Below, in pieces: positions 11,776-33,900 of a stretch of DNA of 64,000 nucleotides (position 1 is its first letter; each line of letters opens with the position of its first letter). This DNA comes from Macrostomum lignano (lineage: Eukaryota), in assembly GCA_002269645.1 (NCBI GenBank), contig NIVC01000978.1, positions 186,001-250,000 of the forward strand. The letters are read 5' to 3'. The position numbers and the translations under genes were made by a program. The notes below the pieces were generated by a model. It worked only from the letters and a program-made list of their open reading frames with translations. It was not told the DNA's origin and did not search any database.

Positions 11776-14700
11776 TCAGTGGCGCCAATCAGTTTCCTTG
11801 ATGCCAATCAGTTTCATTGATGCCAATCAGTTTCATTGATGCCAATCAGTTTCATTGATGCCAATCAGTTTCATTGATGCCAATCAGTTTCATTGATGCC
11901 AATCAGTTTCATTGATGCCAATCAGTTTCATTGATGCCAATCAGTTTCATTGATGTCAATCAGTTTCATTGATGCCAATCAGTTTCATTGATGCCAATCA
12001 GTTTCATTGATGTCAATCAGTTTCATTGATGCCAATCAGTTTCATTGATGCCAATCAGTTTCATTGATGTCAGTGGCGCCAATCAGTTTCATTGATGCCA
12101 ATCAGTTTCATTGATGCCAATCAGTTTCATTGATGCCAATCAGTTTCATTGATGCCAATCAGTTTCATTGATGCCAATCAGTTTCATTGATGCCAATCAG
12201 TTTCATTGATGCCAATCAGTTTCATTGATGCCAATCAGTTTCATTGATGCCAATCAGTTTCATTGATGCCAATCAGTTTCATTGATGCCAATCAGTTTCA
12301 TTGATGCCAATCAGTTTCATTGATGCCAATCATTTTCATTGATGCCAATCAGTTTCATTGATGTCAATCAATTTCATTGATGCCAATCAGTTTCATTGAT
12401 GCCAATCAGTTTCATTGATGCCAATCAGTTTCATTGATGCCAATCAGTTTAATTGATGCCAATCAGTTTCATTGAATGTCAGTGGCGCCAATCAGTTTCA
12501 TTGATATGTCGTCAGTGGCGCCAATCAGTTTCATTGATGTCAATCAGTTTCATTGATGCCAATCAGTTTCATTGATGCCAATCAGTTTCATTGATGCCAA
12601 TCAGTTTCATTGATGTCAATCAGTTTCATTGATGCCAATCAGTTTCATTGATGTCAATCAGTTTCATTGATGCCAATCAGTTTCATTGATGCCAATCAGT
12701 TTCATTGATGTCAATCAGTTTCATTGATGCCAATCAGTTTCATTGATGCCAATCAGTTTCATTGATGCCAATCAGTTTCATTGATGCCAATCAGTTTCAT
12801 TGATGTCAGTGGCGCCAATCAGTTTCATTGATGCCAATCAGTTTCATTGATGCCAATCAGTTTCATTGATGCCAATCAGTTTCATTGATGCCAATCAGTT
12901 TCATTGATGCCAATCAGTTTCATTGATGCCAATCAGTTTCATTGATGCCAATCAGTTTCATTGATGCCAATCAGTTTCATTGATGCCAATCAGTTTCATT
13001 GATGCCAATCAGTTTCATTGATGCCAATCAGTTTCATTGATGCCAATCAGTTTCATTGATGCCAATCATTTTCATTGATGCCAATCAGTTTCATTGATGT
13101 CAATCAGTTTCATTGATGCCAATCAGTTTCATTGATGCCAATCAGTTTCATTGATGCCAATCAGTTTCATTGATGCCAATCAGTTTAATTGATGCCAATC
13201 AGTTTCATTGAATGTCAGTGGCGCCAATCAGTTTCATTGATATGTCGTCAGTGGCGCCAATCAGTTTCATTGATGTCAATCAGTTTCATTGATGCCAATC
13301 AGTTTCATTGATGCCAATCAGTTTCATTGATGCCAATCAGTTTCATTGATGTCAATCAGTTTCATTGATGCCAATCAGTTTCATTGATGTCAATCAGTTT
13401 CATTGATGCCAATCAGTTTCATTGATGCCAATCAGTTTCATTGATGTCAATCAGTTTCATTGATGCCAATCAGTTTCATTGATGTCAATCAGTTTCATTG
13501 ATGCCAATCAGTTTCATTGATGCCAATCAGTTTCATTGATGCCAATCAGTTTCATTGATGCCAATCAGTTTAATTGATGCCAATCAGTTTCATTGAATGT
13601 CAGTGGCGCCAATCAGTTTCATTGATGTCAATCAGTTTCATTGATGCCAATCAGTTTAATTGATGCCAATCAGTTTCATTGATGCCAATCAGTTTAATTG
13701 ATGCCAATCAGTTTCATTGATGCCAATCAGTTTCATTGATGCCAATCAGTTTCACTGAATGTCAGTGGCGCCAATCAGATGTCAGTGGCGCCAATCAGTT
13801 TCATTGATATGTCGTCAGTGGCGCCAATCAGTTTCATTGATGCCAATCAGTTTCACTGAATGTCAGTGGCGCCAATCAGATGTCAGTGGCGCCAATCAGT
13901 TTCATTGATATGTCGTCAGTGGCGCCAATCAGTTTCATTGATGCCAATCAGTTTCATTGATGCCAATCAGTTTCATGGATGCCAATCAGTTTCATTGATG
14001 CAAATCAGTTTCATTGATGCCAATCAGTTTCATTGATGCCAATCAGTTTCATTGATGCCAATCAGTTTCATTGATGTCAATCAGTTTCATTGATGCCAAT
14101 CAGTTTCATTGATGCCAATCAGTTTCATTGATGTCAATCAGTTTCATTGATGCCAATCAGTTTCATTGATGCCAATCAGTTTCATTGATGCCAATCAGTT
14201 TCATTGATGCCAATCAGTTTCATTGATGCCAATCAGTTTCATTGATGCCAATCAGTTTCATTGATGCCAATCAGTTTCATTGATGCCAATCAGTTTCATT
14301 GATGCCAATCAGTTTCATTGATGCCAATCAGTTTCATTGATGCCAATCAGTTTCATTGATGCCAATCAGTTTCATTGATGCCAATCAGTTTCATTGATGC
14401 CAATCAGTTTCATTGATGCCAATCAGTTTCATTGATGTCAATCAGTTTCATTGATGCCAATCAGTTTCATTGATGTCAATCAGTTTCATTGATGCCAATC
14501 AGTTTCATTGATGTCAATCAGTTTCATTGATGCCAATCAGTTTCATTGATGCCAATCAGTTTCATTGATGCCAATCAGTTTAATTGATGCCAATCAGTTT
14601 CATTGAATGTCAGTGGCGCCAATCAGTTTCATTGATATGTCGTCAGTGGCGCCAATCAGTTTCATTGATGTCAATCAGTTTCATTGATGCCAATCAGTTT

Positions 14701-17700
14701 CATTGATGCCAATCAGTTTCATTGATGCCAATCAGTTTCATTGATGTCAGTGGCGCCAATCAGTTTCATTGACGCCAATCAGTTTCATTGATGCCAATCA
14801 GTTTCATTGATGCCAATCAGTTTCATTGATGCCAATCAGTTTCATTGATGCCAATCAGTTTCATTGATGCCAATCAGTTTCATTGATGCCAATCAGTTTC
14901 ATTGATGCCAATCAGTTTCATTGATGCCAATCAGTTTCATTGATGCCAATCAGTTTCATTGATGCCAATCAGTTTCATTGATGCCAATCAGTTTCATTGA
15001 TGCCAATCAGTTTCATTGATGTCAATCAATTTCATTGATGCCAATCAGTTTCATTGATGCCAATCAGTTTCATTGATGCCAATCAGTTTCATTGATGCCA
15101 ATCAGTTTAATTGATGCCAATCAGTTTCATTGAATGTCAGTGGCGCCAATCAGTTTCATTGATATGTCGTCAGTGGCGCCAATCAGTTTCATTGATGTCA
15201 ATCAGTTTCATTGATGCCAATCAGTTTCATTGATGCCAATCAGTTTCATTGATGCCAATCAGTTTCGTTGATGTCAATCAGTTTCATTGATGCCAATCAG
15301 TTTCATTGAATGTCAGTGGCGCCAATCAGTTTCATTGATGCCAATCAGTTTCATTGATGCCAATCAGTTTCATTGATGCCAATCAGTTTCATTGATGCCA
15401 ATCAGTTTCATTGATGTCAGTGGCGCCAATCAGTTTCATTGATGCCAATCAGTTTCATTGATGCCAATCAGTTTCATTGATGCCAATCAGTTTCATTGAT
15501 GCCAATCAGTTTCATTTGATGTCAATCAGTTTCATTGATGCCAATCAGTTTCATTGATGCCAATCAGTTTCATTGATGCCAATCAGTTTCATTGATGCCA
15601 ATCAGTTTCATTGATGTCAATCAGTTTCATTGATGTCAATCAGTTTCATTGAATGTCAGTGGCGCCAATCAGTTTCATTGATGCCAATCAGTTTCATTGA
15701 TGCCAATCAGTTTCATTGATGCCAATCAGTTTCATTGATGCCAATCAGTTTCATTGATGCCAATCAGTTTCATTGATGCCAATCAGTTTCATTGATGCCA
15801 ATCAGTTTCATTGATGCCAATCAGTTTCATTGATGCCAATCAGATTCATTGATGCCAATCAGTTTCATTGATGCCAATCAGTTTCATTGATGCCAATCAG
15901 TTTCATTGATGTCAATCAGTTTCATTGATGCCAATCAGTTTCATTGATGTCAATCAGTTTCATTGATGCCAATCAGTTTCATTGATGCCAATCAGTTTCA
16001 TTGATGTCAATCAGTTTCATTGATGCCAATCAGTTTCATTGATGTCAATCAGTTTCATTGATGCCAATCAGTTTCATTGATGCCAATCAGTTTCATTGAT
16101 GCCAATCAGTTTCATTGATGCCAATCAGTTTAATTGATGCCAATCAGTTTCATTGAATGTCAGTGGCGCCAATCAGTTTCATTGATATGTCGTCAGTGGC
16201 GCCAATCAGTTTCATTGATGTCAATCAGTTTCATTGATGCCAATCAGTTTCATTGATGCCAATCAGTTTCATTGATGCCAATCAGTTTCACTGATGCCAA
16301 TCAGTTTCATTGATGCCAATCAGTTTCATTGATGCCAATCAGTTTCATTGATGCCAATCAGTTTCATTGATGCCAATCAGTTTCATTGATGCCAATCAGT
16401 TTCACTGAATGTCAGTGGCGCCAATCAGATGTCAGTGGCGCCAATCAGTTTCATTGATATGTCGTCAGTGGCGCCAATCAGTTTCATTGATGCCAATCAG
16501 TTTCACTGAATATCAGTGGCGCCAATCAGATGTCAGTGGCGCCAATCAGTTTCATTGATATGTCGTCAGTGGCGCCAATCAGTTTCATTGATGCCAATCA
16601 GTTTCATTGATGCCAATCAGGTTCATTGATGCCAATCAGTTTCATTGATGCCAATCAGTTTTATTGATGCCAATCAGTTTCATTGATGCCAATCAGTTTG
16701 ATTGATGCCAATCAGTTTTATTGAATGTCAGAGGCGCCAATCAGTTTCATTGATATGTCGTCAGTTGCGCCAATCAGTTTCATTGATGCCAATCAGTTTC
16801 ATTGATGCCAATCAGTTTCATTGATGCCAATCAGTTTCCTTGATGCCAATCAGTTTCATTGATGCCAATCAGTTTCATTGATGCCAATCAGTTTCGTTGA
16901 TGTCAATCAGTTTCATTGATGCCAATCAGTTTCATTGAATGTCAGTGGCGCCAATCAGTTTCATTGATGCCAATCAGTTTCATTGATGCCAATCAGTTTC
17001 ATTGATGCCAATCAGTTTCATTGATGCCAATCAGTTTCATTGATGTCAGTGGCGCCAATCAGTTTCATTGATGCCAATCAGTTTCATTGATGCCAATCAG
17101 TTTCATTGATGCCAATCAGTTTCATTGATGCCAATCAGTTTCATTGATGCCAATCAGTTTCATTGATGTCAATCAGTTTCATTGATGTCAATCAGTTTCA
17201 TTGAATGTCAGTGGCGCCAATCAGTTTCATTGATGCCAATCAGTTTCATTGATGCCAATCAGTTTCATTGATGCCAATCAGTTTCATTGATGCCAATCAG
17301 TTTCATTGATGCCAATCAGTTTCATTGATGCCAATCAGTTTCATTGATGCCAATCAGTTTCATTGATGCCAATCAGTTTCATTGATGCCAATCAGTTTAA
17401 TTGATGCCAATCAGTTTCATTGATGCCAATCAGTTTCATTGATGCCAATCAGTTTCATTGATGCCAATCAGTTTCATTGATGCCAATCAGTTTCATTGAT
17501 GTCAATCAGTTTCATTGATGCCAATCAGATTCATTGATGTCAATCAGTTTCATTGATGCCAATCAGTTTCATTTGATGTCAATCAGTTTCATTGATGCCA
17601 ATCAGTTTTATTGAATGTCAGTGGCGCCAATCAGTTTCATTGATGCCAATCAGTTTCATTGATGCCAATCAGTTTCATTGATGCCAATCAGTTTCATTGA

Positions 17701-18055
17701 TGCCAATCAGTTTCATTGATGCCAATCAGTTTCATTGATGCCAATCAGTTTCATTGATGCCAATCAGTTTCATTGATGCCAATCAGTTTCATTGATGCCA
17801 ATCAGTTTCATTGATGCCAATCAGTTTCATTGATGCCAATCAGTTTCATTGATGCCAATCAGTTTCACTGAATGTCAGTGGCGCCAATCAGATGTCAGTG
17901 GCGCCAATCAGTTTCATTGATATGTCGTCAGTGGCGCCAATCAGTTTCATTGATATGTCGTCAGTGGCGCCAATCAGTTTCATTGATGCCAATCAGTTTC
18001 ATTGATGCCAATCAGGTTCATTGATGCCAATCAGTTTCATTGATGTCAGTGGCGC
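11776..18055. repeat. 19-bp satellite (gccaatcagtttcattgat), ~6.3 kb, >300 copies with gtcagtggc-containing variant units
   Basis: Direct tandem copies; no ORF reported in any frame. Confidence 0.98.
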
Positions 18056-18601
18056 TTAAATTCATTTGAAATTGAGATAGAGCCAAATGAGTTTTGTAAT
18101 ATCTGGTAACATGTACTACTGTACATGTAGTTAGTTACCTGTACTGTACATGCAATATGCTGCAAGAATTCTTTGAGAAGTATTAACTAAGTAATCAAGC
18201 ATTGTTTAGGGATGTAATGCTGCAAATGGCAATAGCTTACACCATTGCTGTTCATCCCCGTTTAGAGTGTGGTTGCCCACAACTACGAGCTATAAATTAT
18301 TCTCATTAACCCAAATTGTGGTCGGCACAATAGAAGGTAAAGCTACCGCCATGCAGGTGCATTCCAATGGACGGAATCTCTGGCCGGAATGCCAATAATG
18401 GCACTCGCATTGGAGTAAAATCTGGGCTTATAGTAATAATAGCTAATCACTTGCACACTTCGTGCCATTAGCATGATGAGATGAGACATATGACTAGCGC
18501 ACCAGACTTTTATATAGCCGCCACTCTTTAGCATTGTGCACAGGTTAACTGTTATAAACATTAGGAGCTCTATGCATAAACTTCACGGCTAGGGTTAGCA
18601 A

Positions 18602-18672
18602 GCATCGGTGGTTCAGTGGTAGAATGCTCGCCTGCCACGCGGGCGGCCCGGGTTCGATTCCCGGCCGATGCA
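18602..18672 (+). tRNA. tRNA-Gly (GCC)
   Basis: GCATCGG/CCGATGC acceptor stem, D arm TGGTTCAGTGGTAGAA, anticodon GCC at 18634-18636, T arm GGTTCGATTCCC, discriminator A. Confidence 0.97.
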
Positions 18673-18674
18673 AA

Positions 18675-18679
18675 TTTTT
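18675..18679 (+). terminator. Pol III T-run terminator of tRNA-Gly
   Basis: TTTTT two bases after the discriminator base. Confidence 0.7.
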
Positions 18680-19223
18680 GTGAAGAATTTTTTATAATAT
18701 TACATTTTTTAAAAACAATTCAGATAAACAATTTAATTTTTCTGCCACTATTGTTACTAACTGAAGACTTTTTCCATTTAATTTTAGCGAAAAAAAATTA
18801 CTTTAGCTTATTCAGATAGCTTTTTACCGAATAACATGCCTTGTATGCTACTTGAAGTAAAAAGGTGCAAATATTCTTGCTTATTGCTTAAGAATCTCAG
18901 CAGGTTAAATTTAAATTTTTGTGATCATTTTTAGCATAAAAAATGAGTCGAGGGTTTATCCGAATTTATCCGAATTCCGATCTGTATAATAATAATATTG
19001 TCAGTTGAAGACTCAGTCATGTCTATTTATATATGACAAAATATAGGAAGATGATGACAAATAGAGTGCATTTACAGACAACAAATCTTAGCAAAACACT
19101 ATCTAATACAGTATATTAAGTTACAAGCAGTCGCAGTTAAATTCTAATAACAGCAGATGCTTTAGATGCAATTAGTTTCAAAAATACCATAACAATATCG
19201 ATTAGAAAGCATGGCTATCATTA

Positions 19224-26727
<7,504 letters not shown>

Positions 26728-27644
26728 ACCGCTTCATTCACTAAGCCTAGTTGTGGGCATGAATGATAATAAGAAATGTTTATTAATTAGCTAAAATTAC
26801 ACAAATCAGTTTTTACTAAGCATTACTAAGGAAATTATCAAGAGACACTAGGTTGAAAACATGAAAATGAAAAAAAGCAAAAATTAAAAAGCATAAAAGT
26901 TCTTTTCTTTTATAAGAGTAAAAGCAATTCAAACTTTAAAAAAAGTGCCCTTATTAAACAATTATAAAACACCCCATAAACTCATTTTAAAACACTAAAA
27001 AGCAATGGTATTTTAAATATTAATAAAGTAATTTTGCTTAATCATGCTTAATCATTGCTTAAATGGTTGCTTGATATATCTTGAATGTATGTTTAATGAT
27101 TCTTTGCTTTGATACAAAATTGAATTACATAAAATTATAAAAAATGGAAGAATAGAATACACTAACTAGAAGATAACTTGTAATAAACAAAAGAACTAAA
27201 TTTCTTATTAATAAATCTAATTCTAAGTTTTAATTTCAAGAAACAATAACTCTTTCAGTTTCAATCGATTAGAGGGAAAATTGTGTAAATAATTTCTTTA
27301 ATTTGGATTAATAGCCCTACTATTATCCCTCCCATATATTTTGCCAAAAAGTTCTAGGTGCCATGCTAAAACATGCAAAAACATTAAGCCACAGGTAACA
27401 CTAGACACAAAAAACCATAGTCAATTTTTTTAATTTTAAGTCACTATTGAACTTAGAAGAATTAAAGTTTGAAAGATTCTGACAAGAAATAATAATTGAT
27501 CATTAAAATAATCACAACTTGATAATTAATTCTGACTATAGAAAACATAAAATATTACGTTAAACTTCAGCATAAAATTCTAAAAATGTAGGGGGATAAT
27601 TTATAATACTAAGTCGCTTGGTCGCTTGACGCTGTTCGGACGTT

Positions 27645-28010
27645 TAGGCTTTTCACGAAGATCGGAATCAGAATAATTCCGATTCCAGAACCAGAATCGG
27701 TAGGAAAATGAAAAGCTTCGAACCTATTTTATGTTTGCCAGTCTTTACAATTTAATTTTGTCTTTCCTTGACTTTGTTTCTTCTTTGATATGAAAAAGAA
27801 CGGAATAATAATTATATACCAATAATAAAAAATTGACGATTTCAAATCTATTTTACTGTTAAAATGTAAACATGACAATGGATCTAGAAAATTCTCGATC
27901 CAAATTCCAGAACCAGAACACGGTTCTGGAACCGATTCTGAAAACGGAACAGACAATATGAAAAGCTTCGAACCGATTCTGGTTCTGGAATCGGTAATAT
28001 GAAAAGCCTA
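27645..28010. mobile_element. MITE with terminal and subterminal inverted repeats
   Basis: taggcttttca / tgaaaagccta termini (TA at both ends) plus inner IR ccgattccagaaccagaatcggt / accgattctggttctggaatcgg. Confidence 0.7.
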
Positions 28011-29241
28011 GCAAGCATGCGCGATGCGCAACACTCGAAGTGCATAGAACTTTAAAACTCGTGGTTATTTAAACTTCGCTAAGTAATGATTAAAACATAA
28101 TAGGTTTAAATATGGGTACAAAAGCAATCTACCATAAAAAATCATTCTTTATAAACTGCAAGATCTTTTTTTTGAAAATTAAAATTTTTCTTAACAAAAT
28201 CTTAACTCTATGATATTGGAAGAGTTTAAGATTTAAAACTTTGTAGCAATAAATTTCATATCAACTTGTTCAACCAAGCCGGCCGAATCTGAATTCAACT
28301 ATTTTGGACCAAGAAGCTATACAATCAAAACAAAAGTCAATAGACACAGGTAAATGAGTTAAAAAGGCAATGAAACAAAGTCAGTTTTTCAACTGAATGA
28401 AAAAAGCAGAAAATCCAACACACGTAAACCGACTGTTTTAAATGCAGGTTTTTTAAAGATTCGCTGTGCAGTGCCTATGCGTCAGTTCAGTCAGTGAGGA
28501 GCCATTGTGACAAAACAACAAGCCTCAGAATAGAAAATAGTACATATCTGTATGGTCAATGGCTAGATGGTCTAGTCATTGACTGACTCTACGATTAGAT
28601 ATTGCGAAGGTTTCTGTGACATGACAGCTTATTATTATGACATCATGAAAACTTATTATAATGTTTATATATAATTTTGGTTTAAGTAGTTCAAATACAT
28701 TGCTTTTTGGTTCAGTAAAATGTTTAGTTTGTCTATCTCGACTCGATGTACTATAACTGACTTGTTATCTAATTATCTTGCCAATTGCCATTTTGTGTTT
28801 TAACTCAAATGAAAATTAATACTCTATCTAGGTTTTTTATAGTGTGCTACTTTATTTGTTTCTTGATGTTCATATTTCATTAATTTTATACGCATATGTA
28901 CATATAAATTATAATTGTAAAGGATATTATATCAGTTGATGATTATAGAGATAGGGTCTCTATTAAAAATGAAATAGTTAACTTTACATTTTTGCTAGAA
29001 GTGTTACTAATAGTAATAGTTAGAGGTATCTATAAATATTTTTACCCACTTTTTATTTTTATTTAATGTTTCATTCCTTTAAGTACCTTGTCATAATCAT
29101 GTAGGTTAAATATTGTTTAAATATGGTGTTCATTAAAGCCTTAGATATATATAATTTGGGTAATAGAAATCATTAATTAAAGCAAAAACTAGTTTCTTTG
29201 ACAATATAGCTTTATAATGCTTTCAACTTCATTACAGAAGG

Positions 29242-30920
29242 ATGGCATCAGAAAGAATAGAGAAAAATTTTGATCCAAACACAATTGAGGTAAGTGAGGA
29301 CTTGGTGTCTATAGCTAGATATCAGCTAGACTTTCTGGAAGCAGTTGACCACAAGCCCATATTGAACAGTGATGCAGTGCTAGACAGGGCGCTACACCGC
29401 TATGAAACCATGTGGCTTCCACTGTTGTGGAGTAATAAGGACAGCTGCGATTGATGAAGCCGCCATTTGATATGGCCTGGATTGCCCACTGCCACCAGCT
29501 GGCTCCCAGGTGCTACAGGAGTGACGTCATCAACCTGATTGGTTAGTCGTGGGTGACAATTTAAGAATCCAACCTGACTAAATCCCTACATTATTTTGAA
29601 AATCGGTGCTGTTAACACATTTTGGTGCCGCAGACAGTCAACTTAGCACCGCAGACACTCATTTTAGCGCCGCAGACTCATTTTAGCGCCGCAGACACTC
29701 ATTTTAGCGCAGCAGACACTCATTTTGGCGCCGCAGACACTCAATTTAGCGCCGCAGACACTCATTTTGGCACCGCAGACACTCATTTTGGCGCCGCAGA
29801 CACTCATTTTGGCGCCGCAGACACTCATTTTGGTACCACAGACACTCATTTTGGCACCGCAGACACTCATTTTGGCGCCGCAGACTCATTTTGGCGTCCT
29901 CAAGCAAATGACTGATTTCGATAACGGGTCACAAGAAGGGGCGGGGGGACAAAGCATTGGCATGCCCCGCCCCAGCATAACTTTTACTGCTTTTACTGGG
30001 GGACATGTTCCCCCCCCCCAGGGTGGCGGCGCCCCTGTTTGCTACTATCGAGGGGATAATAGATAGTTACCAAAGTGGCGAATGCACAAACACTGCAGGT
30101 GTAGGGATGAGAGCTGGGTAAGAAAGAAATTCAGGTTAAGTAGCAGCCAATCGAAAGGAAGCTAGAGGTGAGGACAGACTCAAAAAGTAAATTGACAGAT
30201 ATCGGAGCACTGATAAAACCAATTCCTGCCACTGCATGCAAACTTCAGGCTTCGTCCCGGACACGCAGTCGCCCACTCCGGACACCGTTTCCGACGAGCT
30301 GAGCCGCAAGCTCTGGTCCAGCGCTCATCCCAGCGAGCCCTTTGACCTGGACTTGACTGCCGTGGCTGCCGCAGCTCCTGTGGATGGCGCTGGCAGCGGC
30401 TTCGCCAAGTCGCGGCTGACCTACGACATCCGCGGCGCAGCGCAGCGACAGCGGGGCTTCTTCTACAATGTGTCCCTGCCGCACTACAGGGACAGCCAGT
30501 TTCTTCAAGCCAGTCTCAGACGGTACAAACAGTTCCTCAGGCTGCAGCAGCTCTGCCCGCAGGTGAGCCGAGTTGGTACAATTCATTAATCCTTGATTAG
30601 TTGATTACCATTAATATTAATACCATGTCCTCTCCCATCTGGCCTCTCCCATCTGGCCTCTCCCCCCTGGCCTCTCCCCTCTGGCCTCTCCCCACTGGCC
30701 TCTCCTTTCTGGCCTCTCCCCTCTGGCCTCTCCCCTCTGGCCTCTGGCCTCTCCCCTCTGGCCTCTCCCCTCTGGCCTCTCCCCTCTGGCCTCTCCCCTC
30801 TGGCCTCTCCCCTCTGGCCTCTCCCCTCTGGCCTCTCCCCTCTGGCCTCTCCCTCTGGCCTCTCCCCTCTGGCCTCTCCCACTGACCTCTCCTTTCTGGC
30901 CTCTCCCCTCTGGCCTCTCC

Positions 30921-30995
<75 letters not shown>

Positions 30996-33900
30996 CCCAT
31001 CCGCCTACGCCACTGGGCAGAGTATTCAATGTAGTAAAAATACCAAGCCAGGATATACTTCAGTATCAAAACGCTGCCCAGGAGTTCCTGGTGCCCTGCT
31101 ACGACATTGACCTGATGTGGCACTCGCACCAGCTCACTCCCCTGGCGTACGAGCGAGACTGTCTGCGTCTACTCAACCGGGTGCTCAGCCACGATGACAA
31201 TGTTGGCGACCGAAGCGACGGCAGCAGACTGTCCAAGGCGTACGCCAGGACTGCTGAGCTGTGGCTGCAGCACTTTGGCCAGAGCTACGCCAGGAGCGGG
31301 TATTCAAGAAAATTCATTTTTTCTACTCAGTATTTCTTTTTATGTCAATGAGTAGAATCTTTTTGAAAACTCAAAAGTCCCATAATAGTACTTTAAGGTT
31401 TTACGTCTCCTTACACGGAGCACTTCTAAGAGTCGTAGTAACCAGCACTTATTAGCCAACACTTTTTGTCAGCAGCCTATAAGGCTTATTCACACCCACC
31501 CCATTTCTCTGTCCCCGTTCGTCACCCACCCCATTTCTCTGTCCCCGTTAATCTCCCACCCCATTTCTCTGCCCCGTTCGTCACCCACCCCATTTCTCTG
31601 CCCCGTTCGTCACCCACCCCATTTCTCTGCCTCGTTCGTCACCCACCCCATTTCTCTGCCCCTGTTATCGACCACCCACTTTGCCGCCAAATGAGGCATC
31701 AAATCACCCGACCGATATAAAAATGAATGAAATCTGATGATCACGAATTTTGGCCCTAGTTAATGTTGATATGAAGTAGTAACCTTTAGTAGTATTGTTC
31801 CAAAGTCAGTACCAACTAGTTTTTTATATATTCTAAAGAGTTACGTTTTCTTAATCCAAATCTCTAATTACCTCCAAAGCTATCGGCAAATCTTCAGTTA
31901 CGAGTAGATTTCTGACGATGAAACCCCATAACAATCCGTGACGCCCTGCAGCTGCATGTACCGCGGCGAGTCCCCAGCTGGCAGGCTGTCCAAGTTCAAC
32001 CTCAGCTGCCTCCATTCGGGCTGCCAGCGACGCTACCAACTCAGCCTGACCCGCATGGAGCTGACTGCGCCTCCAACTATCGACCGTTACAAAGTGGTCC
32101 TGCTGGCGCCCAAACTGCCGCCTTGCAAGCCTGGTAAGAGGAGACGTCTGGTCGCCATGACGCAGGCTCAGGGAACTGTCGTTGAGTCTCCCGTAACCGT
32201 CTTTGATTACCTTGTTAACGGCGATGGCGACCAGCCTCTGCTGCTAGAGCTGATTGACAAGCGAAAGAGCTCGACTGGATTGTGCGGCTGCGGCGGTACT
32301 ATGCTTGGCAATTGCAAGGTGAATGCATTGGTTGCAATTTTGTATACAGCTTGAATAAGATGCGAATGTCTAATTCTAGCATTGCACTGATAGTTCCGTA
32401 GAACTCTGAAGTTGTGTTAAGGCTAGCTGGAAAATAGTATCGGTCTTGGTCTATGTCAAGTTTGATCATACTCGTACTTTTGGACACTCACAGCAGGTGT
32501 TGAAACTCAAACAGTAAACCAATTCCTCACCGCAGGTCGCTGTATCGGACAGCATAAAGCAGTTGCCTCCCACCGAGCCAGTTTATAAGCTGGTCTGCGA
32601 CGCTTCGTTTTCTTACGAAGCTCCAAACTACGGTATCAGCAACTTTGCGGCTGAGCTGACCTTCTCGTCAAATGTGCCTTGTATTTTCGATTGTAATTTG
32701 CGTCTTGTTCCGGGCGACTGGGTTGTTGCGATTATGCCGACGGATGTGCCCAGCCTTTGGGGGCCTGTGCCGCTGGGTCAAGTGCCCCAAGGTCAGGAGC
32801 ATCGTTGCATTGTGGCGTCGCACAGGTAATAATAGATCTGTAGTTTTAGCATATGTCCAATCGAAGAAGTCATTGGTATGTGCTGTAACAATCTACTCAT
32901 TCTCTTCCAGCCTAGTCACGGAGAGCTCGCAGTTGGTTTTCACAGTTCGAGTGATTCATTCGCAACAACTGGGCCAGTCGGTAGTGCAAGTGTTCAACGG
33001 TGACAGCATGGTAACCGTAGCTTACATGATTGGCGTTGACCAGTTGCCCACGCCGTCTCAGGTGAGTCTTCAACAAACTATTATTTCTCTTGTTTAGTCG
33101 ATGCAGATTCTTAGTAGGCTACGCAAAAATTCCAGGTTTCCATTAAAACCACGCTCGAATTTTAGTGTACTTGACTAGCGTTCGCCCCCTCCAGGGGTGC
33201 TGCTTTGAAAAGGATCAATGATCACTTTATTGATTTGCCATCTGAATTTTTCTAGTGCACAAATGTAATAGTGTCCTAGCTTTGATTTTTGGCATCCTTA
33301 CTATGGACCTGCGTTGCCAAATGTCATCAACGTTCTCCAGACGAATGTTACTTACGATAAACTTGAAACGAAAACACTGGTCAGGATTTACGAGGGGATT
33401 GCTGAGATGTCAATATTCTTGACGGGGAGGAATGGCCGAGACGTCAAGGTTGATATGTCAGACGCTACACATGTATAGTTTATTCAAAAAAATTCATTAA
33501 ATTCTTCGCTGGCTCTCTAACGGGGGGGGCGCTGATTGCTATTGTGTTTCTAGAAGTAGTGTGGAGTTCCTAAAATCGTTCGCGCTGATAATTTGCATCT
33601 TGAATTTTATTTTGGCATCAAGTATTTAGGCCCACTACGCGAACACAACACAGTGTCAATGTCAACCAAATTTGAAGTTGAGAAACGTCTCTTCTGGTGA
33701 AATTGCATATATGGCCTTTTTCATTTTGTTTAAACTCTTTTCAGATCACTACAGCTAAGCGCGGCCCGCCCAGCCTCAATCCGGGCGTCAGGCAGCGCGC
33801 CTTCATCATCAAAGATGCCGCCGGAGACTGGGGTCTGTTGCTAGGCAACTGGACTGGCCGACGTCGCGGTGTTCCGGCGACGCCCATGACGCCACCCATT

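Noticed and set aside
11776-18055. CRISPR-like array
   Set aside because: Units are head-to-tail with no unique spacers, there are no cas genes, and the context is eukaryotic.
18343-18561. Minus-strand 72-aa ORF or alternative NFAT terminal exon
   Set aside because: No recognisable motif and a weak acceptor. The 19270-19224 exon has a better acceptor and the correct phase.
29935-30037. Right end (tggcggcgcccctg) similar to the 25993-26214 MITE
   Set aside because: No matching left TIR or TSD was found; at most a fragment.
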